A stretch of 62,588 bases of DNA, filler included, from Rhabdomonas costata (Eukaryota): assembly GCA_019059605.1 (NCBI GenBank). It is 31 parts of 31 records of this genome, joined end to end, with 100 filler letters (N's around TTAATTAATTAA, not from the genome) between each part and the next. Parts side by side here need not be neighbours in the genome. Positions count along the whole stretch, not along the records: positions 48,540 to 50,460 come from JAHMHO010007358.1; positions 50,561 to 52,481 come from JAHMHO010007359.1; positions 52,582 to 54,502 come from JAHMHO010007360.1; positions 54,603 to 56,523 come from JAHMHO010007361.1; positions 56,624 to 58,544 come from JAHMHO010007362.1; positions 58,645 to 60,568 come from JAHMHO010007363.1; positions 60,669 to 62,588 come from JAHMHO010007364.1; 24 more parts are not named here. One strand, given 5' to 3'. The position numbers and the translations under genes are program-made. Shown here piece after piece: positions 49,426-61,218 of this stretch. The notes under the pieces are model-generated. The model saw only the letters and a program-made list of their open reading frames with translations. It did no database searches and had not been told where the DNA came from. Every line of letters begins with the position of its first letter. Position 1 is the first letter of the stretch.

Positions 49426-51558
49426 GTGGCAAGTGGACACCGGCTGAAGCCCGGGCTTCTCTTTTGCTGTCCTTCCTTGAGCATCGCGTTACGTCGAAGG
49501 CCCGTCAGAGTTGAATCGACCTGCAGATTGGCTTGATCCTCCCCGGGAGGCTGAAATGGAAAATTTGGAATTTGTAATTTCTTCGCAGTCGCAATTCCCA
49601 ACGCATTCTGGTGTTCAGGCAAACGTTCGGATTTTGTGCACTACCAGAAAGCCGTTGACCGCCGTTTGCTTTTAAACTGATGAGCTTTTTATTCGTGCTG
49701 TGGAGTAAACGGAAGCGCCAGCACCCTCTCGCCTATGTCTTTCAAGGCTTGCATTGGGCCTAAACGTCCAAAAACGGCCAAAATATTCCAAAATAAGGTC
49801 AACATCTATATTTTTGGCCTGATCCAAAACCCCTTCCTCTTCGACCAAAAGGGGTAGCCATCTAAACCAGGCCGAACACACTTTTTTCCTTTATTCCTCT
49901 TGGGTTTCGTGTTTTTGACAGCAAGTGTTGTTGTGCGTGATGTGGAGAACTGAGCAAACTCAGCTAGACGGACCCTGAGTATTTGACAGCCTCTCAACAC
50001 GTTGTATTTTTATGCTTTTGGAAGTGAGACAGAAATCTGAAAGATAAAAGACGTTGAGGTTCTTCACTTCATTCACCTGCGTTTTTCAATGTCGCTGCGC
50101 CGTCGCCAGGGCGCCATAACCGAAATCTTTGCGAACGTATCTCTTGTCCGGAAGAATATTATTGAGATGGTAAAATATTATCTCGCGGTAGTTCTTTCAC
50201 CCGGTGATAACACTATCTTTCTGCAATCTGGCAACCCAGAGCTTTGCGTTGGTAGACCATTGTTTTAACCTTTTTGCCCTTCCTTTTTGTGCAGTGCATA
50301 TTATGAGCAATTTGGTTGAGGTCGTTGATCGGGCCCGCGAGAAGGTCGCTACCTTCAGATGCTCTCACTGTGCGGATTCAGTAATTCTAGTTCATGTGCA
50401 TCCTTACCGTGCAAGTCCTGTGCTATGGCCTTGGAATCATTATGCTTCTGCACCCCCCCCNNNNNNNNNNNNNNNNNNNNNNNNNNNNNNNNNNNNNNNN
50501 NNNNTTAATTAATTAANNNNNNNNNNNNNNNNNNNNNNNNNNNNNNNNNNNNNNNNNNNNTGGGTTTTGTGGGAGTTTCTGCTGAAGAAGAGCAGGGTCA
50601 GTAGTGTGGAAGTTGGAGCCCCGATGAGCAATGTGATGAGGTCGTTCCCCTTTTGGTTGAATTATGGTTGAACCTATATATATGATAGCATCTTCGTTTC
50701 ACATTTCATAAGACTCATTCCGGATTCTAGCGAATGGTTGCACCTTTAAACGACCTTAAGTCGACAATTGTCAACGAACCCGACCCTAACCCAGCTACCT
50801 ACCATGCCCTCCCTTGCACACACACCAAACATTCATTGCGGCCACCACGGCGGAGACTACACTATGTTCCGTCAATTGCTCAGATTTCGTGTTTGTGACG
50901 TCGCCCTTGCATTTTCTATATGCGCGTGGGAGTGCGCTTAAGGTCATCGCGACTTCGTCTTTGCATCACTCTGACGCAGTGCACTCTGTCTCTCTCATGC
51001 GCACTCCCCAAGTACACACCTGAACACTCTCACTTATGGACACGGCAGGCATGCATTGTTCAACTCCAACGCCGCGGTGTATGTGGAGCTGGGAAAGCCA
51101 CCTGACCACGAAAACCTCAGCTTCAATGTGTATCGGTACGCATTGGAACTTGTGGGCGGGTCTGGGTGGGTTTGCATCCGCGCTGACTGGTCCTAGCTCC
51201 GGCCCCATGTGGATGGACGAATACACGATGGGCCGCAAGGCAGCATTGCTTTTTCCGCCTTTTTTTTTTTCGCCGCCATATACCTGTAGCTGTGTAACTG
51301 TGGGTCGCTGTGAAACAAAATCGGTAATCAGATAGGTTCTTGCTGTGATCTTGTGAATCATTTAAAGCATTTCGATTAAAAGTTCCTTTCGCTGATCCAC
51401 TTATTCCATTCTTTGAGGTTTTCTTTAACCTGGTTCTTGTTTGTTTTAGAATCGTTGATTTCATCCACATCGCTGACAGCGCTGAAGCACGTGCTGCAGT
51501 TTTCGAGCCCATTTTTTTTATAGAGAATATGAGGGGTGGTGTTGGTGTGGGGCGATAG

Positions 51559-52281
51559 GTACGACGGTTCTAAGCACGAGGGCAGCGAGCTGGAGTTCCT
51601 GTTGAATTGTGCACGGCCGCGGGAGTGCCTGGTGTCCGAGTTGAAGGCCTTTCTCTCATCAACAACCGGTGTGCTTCTGTCTTGCTTTGCTTCGCGTGTC
51701 TCACAACACCGTTTTCCCGTTTGTTTGCAGTGTGTGCGATGATGGGTATTCCTCATGATCTTAGATCAATATGCCATACCGGCACATAGCGATTCATTGA
51801 CCCCAGGAAGAAGAGTGGTGGCGAGTCAGCACCCTGCGACACCTCGTCACGAATTCACGAAGGGTTCCGGGAAGGGGGAGCTTTGGGTTGTAGGGTTTCA
51901 GTCGCGGTTGATGCTGGGTACTTCATGTTGGTTTCATTTCTATCTCCTCATGGCCCTATTTTATTTTTGTTGTGCAGGCATTCCTGAGGAGCGGCTAAGG
52001 CTTCGGGAAGTGCTCGCGGATAAGCCCCGAAAGGCCATTCTCAAGCGCACACTGGGCGACCACTTCACCCGACCAAAAGGTAAAGAATGCACTCGCCCCC
52101 AGGATCCGCCCCAAGCGCCTTTTTTTTGGCTTTGCTTTTTGTCGGTGCTGTTGCCACGTTTGCTTTCTCCCAGGAGGCATTCTTAAGGTGGCTGTCCAGG
52201 AAACCCCCGTTGCCGACATGGTTGCCATCGACGACGTGATTTTGCTGGTGTCGCAATATTTTCCCGAGACGCAGAAGCTAG
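51559..52281 (+). CDS. Three internal exons, resembling the ubiquitin-like C-terminal region of USP40/USP47-type deubiquitinases
   Basis: Exons 51559-51668, 51978-52079, 52174-52281 are phase-consistent: VSELKAFLSSTT|GIPEERLRLRE...|LKVAVQE...DDVILLVSQYFPETQKL. The family call is tentative. Confidence 0.55.
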
Positions 52282-52942
52282 GTTGCTGTGTTTTGAAAAA
52301 GACTCCGCGCGGGACGGGTGATGGAGTGTGAGTATGTTGTGGGGTGTCGTGGCCAACTATTGTTCATACCCCGTCAACTGTATGTATCTGCTCCACCCCC
52401 GTCCCGTTCCATGGACATAGTAGTTGATGCCAGCGGGAGTTGTAGCAGTCCAGTTCGCACTGCGTGCTGTGCCACCACCCCNNNNNNNNNNNNNNNNNNN
52501 NNNNNNNNNNNNNNNNNNNNNNNNNTTAATTAATTAANNNNNNNNNNNNNNNNNNNNNNNNNNNNNNNNNNNNNNNNNNNNGTGTGGTGTGAACCGCTGC
52601 TATTGAGCGCTGCGCTGGGATGGTTCGAGGGCTCAGTAATAAGGTGCGATATGGGGCCGAAATAGGCGGTTGATCTTGCTTTCATATAATTGCGTAGTTT
52701 TATTTGAAGCGGGAAATATTATGGCACTGCGGCTGCTCGGGTCAGCACGATGCAACAACAGCGAACCGTCGCGCACGAGAGCAGCATGAGTTTTGATAAA
52801 CAACTTCAGTTCTATTTTGAAAAAGATGGCGAGGGAACAACAGCGGAGCCCACGTTTGAGCTTCGGTTTCACCTCAGATTCGCCGTCCCATGTATGTGCT
52901 GGTCTGAGCTCCTGCCTAATCATTCCTCACCCGTTCGCTAAG

Positions 52943-53134
52943 GTTGTTGGCCACGTGAAGACGTTCTGCATCCTCACTTTGGGCTACACCGCTTTTCAGC
53001 AGCCCCTCACCTTGGGGAATGCTGCGGGCACGGGGGTGGCGGTGGTTGGGGTGGTGCTGTACACCGTGGTGAAGCTTCTGGAGAAGCCGGGTGTGTACTC
53101 AACCAAGGGGTTTCTTTACCGCATGCCCCGCTAA
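52943..53134 (+). CDS. Last exon of a nucleotide-sugar/TPT-family transporter (SLC35E3/URGT-like)
   Basis: VVGHVKTFCILTLGYTAFQQPLTLGNAAGTGVAVVGVVLYTVVK matches 'V.GH.KT..IL..G...F......N..G...A..G...Y'. Confidence 0.85.
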   Translation, partial: VVGHVKTFCILTLGYTAFQQPLTLGNAAGTGVAVVGVVLYTVVKLLEKPGVYSTKGFLYRMPR

Positions 53135-54602
53135 TCTTTCAAGGGTTCCCGTATTTTCAGCAAAAGAAAATATGAACCTTAAAAAAACCAGTTTGCGAGG
53201 AAATGTTATTGCTGACCGGCGTGGTTGGTTTAAAATACTTTGTTGATGCCACCGGTAAATCCTCTGCTGCGTGGGGCAGTTGTGGGGCACGCAGCGAGAC
53301 CATTTTTTTGCACAAGAAATCCATGCCCATTTGTGCGTGTTGTTCCTTATCACCAAATCTGTCTTTGCAGGGGTGCACTCCCCCACACCACGAGAAAGTC
53401 CGTGAAGCTGATCTGTGTGTTCGTGTCCGCACGCCAGTTTGTGGATTGCAACACAATAGATGTACTTCGCTGGCAATCGCTGAGAATACCACCGGAGGCC
53501 CGTTCTGTTCGGGTGCTTTTCGTTGCGTGTGTCTGAAGCTGAAGCATTTCTCATTTCCCCCCATTGTTCCTTCCTGTGGAGCAGTTTAGCTGACAATGGG
53601 CGTTTCACACCTCACACTGGCCTCGAGGAAAGGACGCATCAATCAATTGGATCCTGAAGTAGCAAATAATTCTTTTTTTGGTTCCTCGGAGTGGCTTCAC
53701 AGGAGAGATTTCTAGGGGGGGAGAGAGGAACGTGTCCCATGAGCAAAAAGCGCCCTGTGCATGAAGTCCTCGGAAGTTTCGGAATTATTCGCCATTTTTT
53801 CCTTGGAGAGAATCCCTTGATCGAAATTGAGCTTTGCCGCCAGCCTTCTGTTGATTCTTTTCCAAATCCAATTTCAGCTCTTTTTTTTTGCCCTCTTGCA
53901 CCTGTTGCTGAAAGCTTTGTGTGTGCCTTGTGCTTTGTGCTGCGCCAATTTTTTCATCGACTGTGCGAGGTACAGCCACCGTTTGCTGATGCCCTCGCCC
54001 GCGCCCTTGAAATAGAGCAAAGCGAAGAGACGGAAATGGCCACCGGAGTCTCCAGCGACAGCTCCTCCGCCAAAGGCGCCGAGCAACTGCAACTGGAGCG
54101 GAGGCCCCTGCTGCAAGGGGAGGGAACCCTCCCCCTTGACCTCTCAGCCAGGTTGGTCCTCCTGAAGTTCTCCTTTTCGCCTCTTTTCTTGCAGGGGAGA
54201 GTATCCGTTTCGCCCGGGGGTGGGGGGGCACAAACATCAACATCCATAGGCATCCGAGGCACATAGTGACGTCCCCAATGCAGGGCAACCCACATGAATA
54301 TATTATCTGATGGATATCATCCACCCACAACAAATGAATGAATATGCGCAGATAACATCCGTGTTGGTCCCCGGGGGGTTGAAATGGTACCTCCAGCCAT
54401 GCGCCCGTGGTGTCCAAAGCACTCGGAGTCTGCATCTTTTGGGGGTTGCGCCGGAGATTTCTGGTCAGGGAGACGGGGCAGTTGCAGATCGATTCCAAAT
54501 GGNNNNNNNNNNNNNNNNNNNNNNNNNNNNNNNNNNNNNNNNNNNNTTAATTAATTAANNNNNNNNNNNNNNNNNNNNNNNNNNNNNNNNNNNNNNNNNN
54601 NN

Positions 54603-56422
54603 GTGGGGTGGGTTACCCATACTCTCTGACCTTCCTCCATGGCTGCCTGCCTGCAGCCGAGCTGAGGAGGCTGGTGCTGTGGGCAGAGGACACCCAGGCG
54701 TGCAGTGTTTTGCGCCATTCTGCTTCTTTGCTGCCATACCGTTCGAGAGGTCCGAGAGAGGTTCGAGAGGTCAAAGTCATGCTTGGGCTTGCCCCAGCCC
54801 CCGATTTTTTTATGCTCTGCATTCAGCGGTTCTTTTGAATGCGATTGTGCTGTTTGGGGGCCGCCGCAACCGCCACCCCCACGCCTTCCCCTCCGCTGTA
54901 CATACGACATCCAATCCCAGTCATTCACCTTTGCAAGATGTGTTCCTGTGCTGGTACGGAGTACTCGACGACAAGACGGGGACAAAGAAGCCGTGCACCT
55001 CGGCACGCTACTAATCTTTGCCCGATGTTTTGCTGCCACTGCGGTTTGCGTGCTCAGGTGTGTTGGTGTGCGGCAATATCGACTATCTACGCCGCCAAGC
55101 GTTCATGTTCAGTCTCTCCAAACAACCCACCACCTCGCCCGCGTCTGTGCCTCAGCCGTCCCTTTCTCCTTCGCCACGCTCTCCTGCTTTGTCGCAAAGC
55201 GTTTCTCTACTACCCTGCACTTCACCACTGTACCCTTGCGCTACCACAATCGCTGAATCCTGGCGCCATGACTGCTAATTTCTCGGCACGTCGCACAGAT
55301 CCGCGCTCTTGCCGAGGAGCAGCGCTCTGACTTACGGGACTCCGCCAGCACGTTTTCGCAGTGGTGGGGTGGTGCCCTGGCGAGCTACTGTGGGGACCTG
55401 GGCTACCGCTGTGGCAGCGTCAACGCCTTCCCAGGGGTCCCAGAGGTGGACCCCGCAGGGCGGGTCCGGCTAGGCCTGGCCGAGCTTCGGGTGCTGGAGT
55501 GGCTGGTGGGTAAGGCGGTGCGGTTCTACTATGCTGACGAAGCGTCGGCGGGCAGGTATGCTTTTTTTTGTCTTTGCACCAACCGAATTTTCGCCCAGCT
55601 CAAAAGATCTTATGTCACAGGTTGCACCGCTTTGATCGGTGCAATGTTGTCATGATTTGCCCTGGCGAGCGAAATTACCATTATCCTCGAACTGAAATTG
55701 GACGGTGGCCTTCGGGGGAGAGGGGGGTGCACAGCGTTGATTTGTGAAGGGAAGCCACGATGGAGTGGTGTTTGTGCTTGCGCACTTCTTTGGGCGCTTT
55801 AGGTTTGCTGAGGCGCATGCCACCTATTTGAGCCGGTTCGGCCGGAGCGCTCTGCTAGGCGGTGGCGCAAGTTCACCCTCGTATGCTCCTTTTTACCCCT
55901 CCTCTCCTCTTTGTCTATGGGTATGCTTAACATTTAGGGCTGTTAGCTAGTTATCTTCTTGAAATATTGTCATTTCCTCGCTCGCCTTGCAGGGAGTCCA
56001 GCTCCACTACTACTCTGGCTCGTCAACCTGCTTCTCCCGCCCTACCCGTTTCCGCCGAGGAGCTGAAGCGCCTGCAGCCCCGGTTGCAGGAGCTGTGCAA
56101 GTCCCTCGGGGTATCGTTTTCAGACGACCCCGTGGCCAGCTTGCGTGGACTTGCCAGAGTCATCAAACAGCTTGCCGCAGTTCGCACCACGCCCTCTTCC
56201 TCGGCGTCCTCAATGAAGCCCCGTGCTTTGCATGCGGTCGTCCCCCTGGGCTTTGCCAGCACCGGCCAGCCCCCTGTGGATGCGGTGTGCCGGGTGCTGA
56301 GACTTCTGCACACGGCGGAGCTGCGAGAGCTTCAGGACAGCATCGATTGTGCGCTGGTCAGTTTGCAGAATCTCACTGGGGATCCCGTGACGGACACTCG
56401 CCTGGGCCGCGTTGGGACTTAG
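54603..56422 (+). CDS. RTRAF: RNA transcription, translation and transport factor (C14orf166/CGI-99, RLL motif)
   Basis: Exons <54603-54697, 55299-55555, 55993-56422: LVLWAEDTQ|IRAL...LEWLVGKAVRFYYAD...VLRLLHTAELRELQDSID...DPVTDTRLGRVGT*. Confidence 0.92.
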
Positions 56423-57892
56423 TGTACTTTGAAATCTAGTGGAACCCTGTTCAGAAGTTCACTTGTCTTGGTGCATCGCTGCTATCTTTTCAATGTAGTA
56501 CTTTTTGCGGATTCCCCAAAACANNNNNNNNNNNNNNNNNNNNNNNNNNNNNNNNNNNNNNNNNNNNTTAATTAATTAANNNNNNNNNNNNNNNNNNNNN
56601 NNNNNNNNNNNNNNNNNNNNNNNTGTGGTGGTGCGCATCTTCTTTTTCTGTGGTTTGAATTAACTTTTGCTGAGAAAAGTCCCCACACCAGTTTTTGCGT
56701 TGCTGGAGTGGAGAGAGACCGTCCTCGACGGGTTCCTCCTCCTTGTCAAAAGCAGACGGGCGGGAGGCTCGTGCTCGGACTGCTACTCCACCCTCTGCAC
56801 CCACTCTTCTTGCTTTAATGTAATGGGCGTGCTCGGCGAGGGCCCTCTCACCGTTTAGCTCAGCACTGGCGACAACAAAGACAAAAAAGTGACCCGGAGG
56901 GAGACGCCACCCCAGTGATGGTCTCGCCATTTTGCAAAAATAAAAAGTGACAATAGTTCTTCTTGGTGGAAAGCTACGTCCATTTCCAGGGCAATATGAA
57001 AGGCAACCCCTTTCAACGCTTTTCTCAGAGGACACAGCTGGAGTAGAGTAGATGGAAACAGGAAAAGGGAGCAGTTTTGCGGCGGAGATTGAAATCAAGA
57101 CGTTCCGAGCAACATGAAAGTTTTTTTTTAGCTTCCTTCCCATTCTTCTTTGCGAAGGGCGAAGACGAAGCTCAAAGTGGAAGCTCAGCACTGAACTCCG
57201 ACAAGCGTTTTCTTCTGCTGTACACATCGAAGGTGCACTTCTCTTTGCTTGCAATAGGGGACGGAAACTGTAACCGCTTTACCGCTTTTTATTTTAGCGA
57301 TTTCGGTTCCAAAATGCCCAGATATGCACCTCTCCCACCACCATCCGCGATATTTGAGACATTTGGCCCGAATTTGTGGTGAATTGGTTACCTTTTTTTA
57401 TTTTGGGGATGTGTTCTTTGGTGTCTCGCGTGTTTTCCTGTGACAGTTCAGCTCAGTTCGAATGGGGAATCAAAAGCTTCAGTTTGGCTTCGCACACCAA
57501 TGTGAGTACTTGAAACCAGTTTCTGCTCATCTCCGCCTTCTGTGAATGCCGCATGCAAAATATAAACCATGCCTTGGACTGCTTTGAACAATGCTACACA
57601 AATCGAGTACTAATCAGCAGCCGCACGGAATTGCATTATCACAGAAGCAAGAGCGGTCCTGTGGATACATCAATACATGCACGTTACGCATGTCGTAGGC
57701 CTGGGGTCTTTGATAACGCAGGCCTCCCGAGCACTGCAGGCCCCCCCGAACCCGAACACTTGTTCACACGGGGGGGGGTGCTTGAGCGCTGCTTCATTTT
57801 TTCTCCTTTTTTTTTTCGGCCGGCTCAGGCCGTAAACCACGTTTTGGCCCCTTTGCCCCCCCCTCCTCCAGGTCGATTCGGACCCTTTTTAG

Positions 57893-58182
57893 GGGTTGCT
57901 TGACAAAGTGTCCCCCCGGCACTGGGTTGCGACAGGAGTTGTCAGTGGACTGGGTTGTTTTGGGTGCGTTTCCGCTTACCTAAAGGAGTTCGACAGGGCG
58001 CTGTACATTCTGCCTTTACCTCCGGCGGGCCCCAGCGCTGCGCTCTCTGCCGCTTCTCCCGTTGTCGGAGATGTGGCGACCTCCTCGTCCATGCCCTACA
58101 CCACAAATGCTTTGGACGATACCCCCACAGCCGCGCTGGAGAGTGAGCTGACGATGTTGCGAGCGGAGAACCATAGGCTCAG
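57893..58182 (+). CDS. Possible exon of a hypothetical protein (hydrophobic patch plus short coiled coil)
   Basis: GLLDKVSPRHWVATGVVSGLG...ALESELTMLRAENHRL lies between TAG| and |GTTTTT; no family recognised. Confidence 0.35.
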
Positions 58183-60085
58183 GTTTTTTTTGCTATATTA
58201 TTGTGTGTCAAATAACCAAAACCCGAATAAACTACAAACACACCACAACATCATCTCCACTTTGTCAGAGACGAACCATTCAAATACATATTTCAATCAT
58301 CTCAATCACCCACCCCACCTCACTCTATATGGCGATGAATATCTAGCGCCTTCACCAGTACTACAATGTAAAGAGAACCAGAGCCACGAAAGAACCTCCC
58401 TCCATCTTTCCCAGCCGGAGCAGCTTACTTACCCCAGTTCCTCTTACCACCAGTAGGTGCTCAGAAACAAATACACGGTAAGGCAAACAAAAACCCAGCA
58501 ACTCCCCAGAAAAGCCCCACCCTGGCCCCTCCCTACCACAAACCNNNNNNNNNNNNNNNNNNNNNNNNNNNNNNNNNNNNNNNNNNNNTTAATTAATTAA
58601 NNNNNNNNNNNNNNNNNNNNNNNNNNNNNNNNNNNNNNNNNNNNTGTGGTGGGTGTGGTTGGTTGTTTTGTGTTTGCACGCGTGCTTGCACTTCCACTGC
58701 TGCTTGACGCTCGTTTGCGCTTTGTTCTGCTTGACCGTGTGTTTCGGGTACCTTTGTGTAATCCGATATTGTCAATGTTCTGTGTGGTGAGCCTTCTGCT
58801 TTTGTGGATTGTTTGTGCTGTGTTGTGCTGGTATTGTTGCTACCTGGTGTCATTGCCTTTTTGGAAACCTTTTTGGTGTGTGCACACACCGTCCTGCTGC
58901 ACTGTGTTGTCGGTGAACGCTCAGCAATCTCGGGTCGAGCCACGTGTTCCCCAACCCGTTGCCGTAGGTTACCTTTTCCGTTTCTTTATGTGCGCAGTGT
59001 TCTCTCTCTATTTTTCATGCCAATAGCCATGTGGTTGTTTTTTGTCCCTTTGTGTTGCGGGTGGTTGATTCCCTTGAGCGATGTGTTTTTTTCCTTTCTG
59101 CGCCTTTCTGGGCCCCACCCACCCGCTCTCTGTGCATTCCAAGAAGCATGGTATACAGTTTCCCTTCCCGGGAGAACGGGGCGCCTGCTTGTAACGTTTC
59201 TGCTTTGAAGCTTGAGTTGTTCGTGTTACTGTTGAGTGGAACTGGAACACGGGTAGTACGACGTCCAGAACACTCCAAGTTTCTCAAATCCTGGCCAATG
59301 GAGGATGGGCTCGTGCGTGTGCTTGATCCTGAAGCAGGACAAAAAAAATCTCCTCCTTGACCGCTTGTATGGTGGTGGTTTTGGGAAGTGCGGTCGTGAA
59401 TCGTCCAAGTTGTGCGTGTTTGTGCAAAACAAAAAGTTGCGAGGGAAAAATATAGAGCTTCGAGGAGCAGGCGAGGGGGCACAACTCAACGGAAAGGAAC
59501 AGAAAACCACGGTGCGAGGGAAGACTTCTTGACTTCCTCATCCCCGTAATTAAGTTTGATGTGTTGCAACGTCGGACACTGGCACCCCGCGTGGATGGGC
59601 ATGCCCTTGCTGCAACTGTACACATTCTCGGAGTGTGCATGAACAGCCTAAGAAACTGAAAAACCAAAAAAGCATCTATTCTAATTTACCGGGACCTAGT
59701 CCCGGCCAGCATCGACTGAGTGGACTTGGGGGTACCAGGCGGCCGAGAGCCATTTGCCTGGGCTCCCTTTCGCGGGGATAGAGGCAGGAGGGGTTTTGTA
59801 CGTTGTGGGTACATGCGTTGTGGGTGCTGTCGATAAACCCTCCGCAAACAAAGAACATAAAAAATACATACAGAAGGCACAGAAGAACCTTCATGTTGGC
59901 TCAGAAGGAGAGACAGACATGCTGAAAGGCGTGTTCACCCATACGCAGAGGTGCACTCGCTGCTGCTCCTGATGTTTCGACCTATTTTGACAGAGGTTTT
60001 GGCATTTTGTTGCCTTCCAAGTGTGTATCTGCCTTCCTCTTCCTTGTACCCTTCGCTACTTTGACTGCACCGCTTTCCTGAGTGC

Positions 60086-60336
60086 ATGGCAGCCCCGCCC
60101 TCATCGTGGTCGTCGACCTACTCCGAAGCGCGGGAGAAGTTCCGCCAGGCCACAACCCCTTCAGCGGCATACACCACTGCCCTTGCCTTGAGGGGTGCCC
60201 CCGCTGCGGATGGTACTCGGTCTCCTCTGAAGGGCACAGAGGGGGAGAGCCTCACCATTGACATCGCGGCGTACGGAAACATCCGGGACCCCTCCCGGCT
60301 GCTGGTGTACAGCAGTGGGGTGCACGGCTTGGAAGG
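60086..60336 (+). CDS. DUF2817 / M14-like metallocarboxypeptidase, first exon
   Basis: STYSEAREKF...GTEGESLTIDIAAYG...RLLVYSSGVHGLEG matches 'Y..AR..F...GP.GE.L..DVA..G....LV..SG.HGVEG' (HxxE zinc motif); donor GG|GTGTCT. Confidence 0.85.
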
Positions 60337-60525
60337 GTGTCTTTGCGGCCCCAGCTCTCATGCACCAGTCAGTCGGGTCGGTCTGAGCTGGTGAGGAATC
60401 TTTGTGTTTATGATTCAATCGCGCTGTAGAGATGGAAACACAAAGTCATACAGTCGATATAGAAAGCAGAATTTACTTGGCCACGTGTGGAGGCGCTTCA
60501 CTTTGATCTCACCCCCCCCCCCTCC

Positions 60526-60565
<40 letters not shown>

Positions 60566-61218
60566 CACNNNNNNNNNNNNNNNNNNNNNNNNNNNNNNNN
60601 NNNNNNNNNNNNTTAATTAATTAANNNNNNNNNNNNNNNNNNNNNNNNNNNNNNNNNNNNNNNNNNNNTGTGTTTGTGTGTTGTGGTTTTGTTCCTCCAG
60701 CAGAAATCGAAAGAAACCCCAATACGCACCTGGGCGAAGTGTCACTGAGGCAGCTCCGAGAGAGTTGATTCGGTGGAAGACGGCATGGAGAGGCAGCAAT
60801 GCAAACCGTAGAGTGATGTATGCGGCACGGCAACGCTGGCTGATACCGTTGCTCCTTGTTCACACCTCGGAAGAGCTCAGAGTTGCGCTTCAACGAGTTA
60901 GTGCCCACCTTAGGCCCGAGCAACAATGGATCAGGAAAAAGTTCCTGCGCGACAAAGGCCCGGGACCCGAGGAGCAGAAGGGAGGTTACCATATCTATGT
61001 TCAACGTTCGGCCCTGAGGTACCCCACCGCATCGTTCGCCCCAAGGACTACTCTCGCAAGTACCCATGTGAACAGCAGCGCGTGCGCTACACCGGTAGCC
61101 AACAGCCAGTCCTGCTGCAACCAGCGCGCTTATGCACTTAGCGCACTGGTGTGGTGTGTGCTGCGTATTACCCTTCTTCTTTCCTGCCCGCGCACGGTCC
61201 TCTGTACCCGTTACACAG

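Noticed and set aside
49677..49720. CTGATGAG as a hammerhead ribozyme core
   Set aside because: No stem II followed by GAAA at the proper spacing.
1924..60668. Regularly spaced TTAATTAATTAA repeats resembling an array
   Set aside because: They are embedded in N runs at every contig join: an artificial linker, not a CRISPR array or biological repeat.
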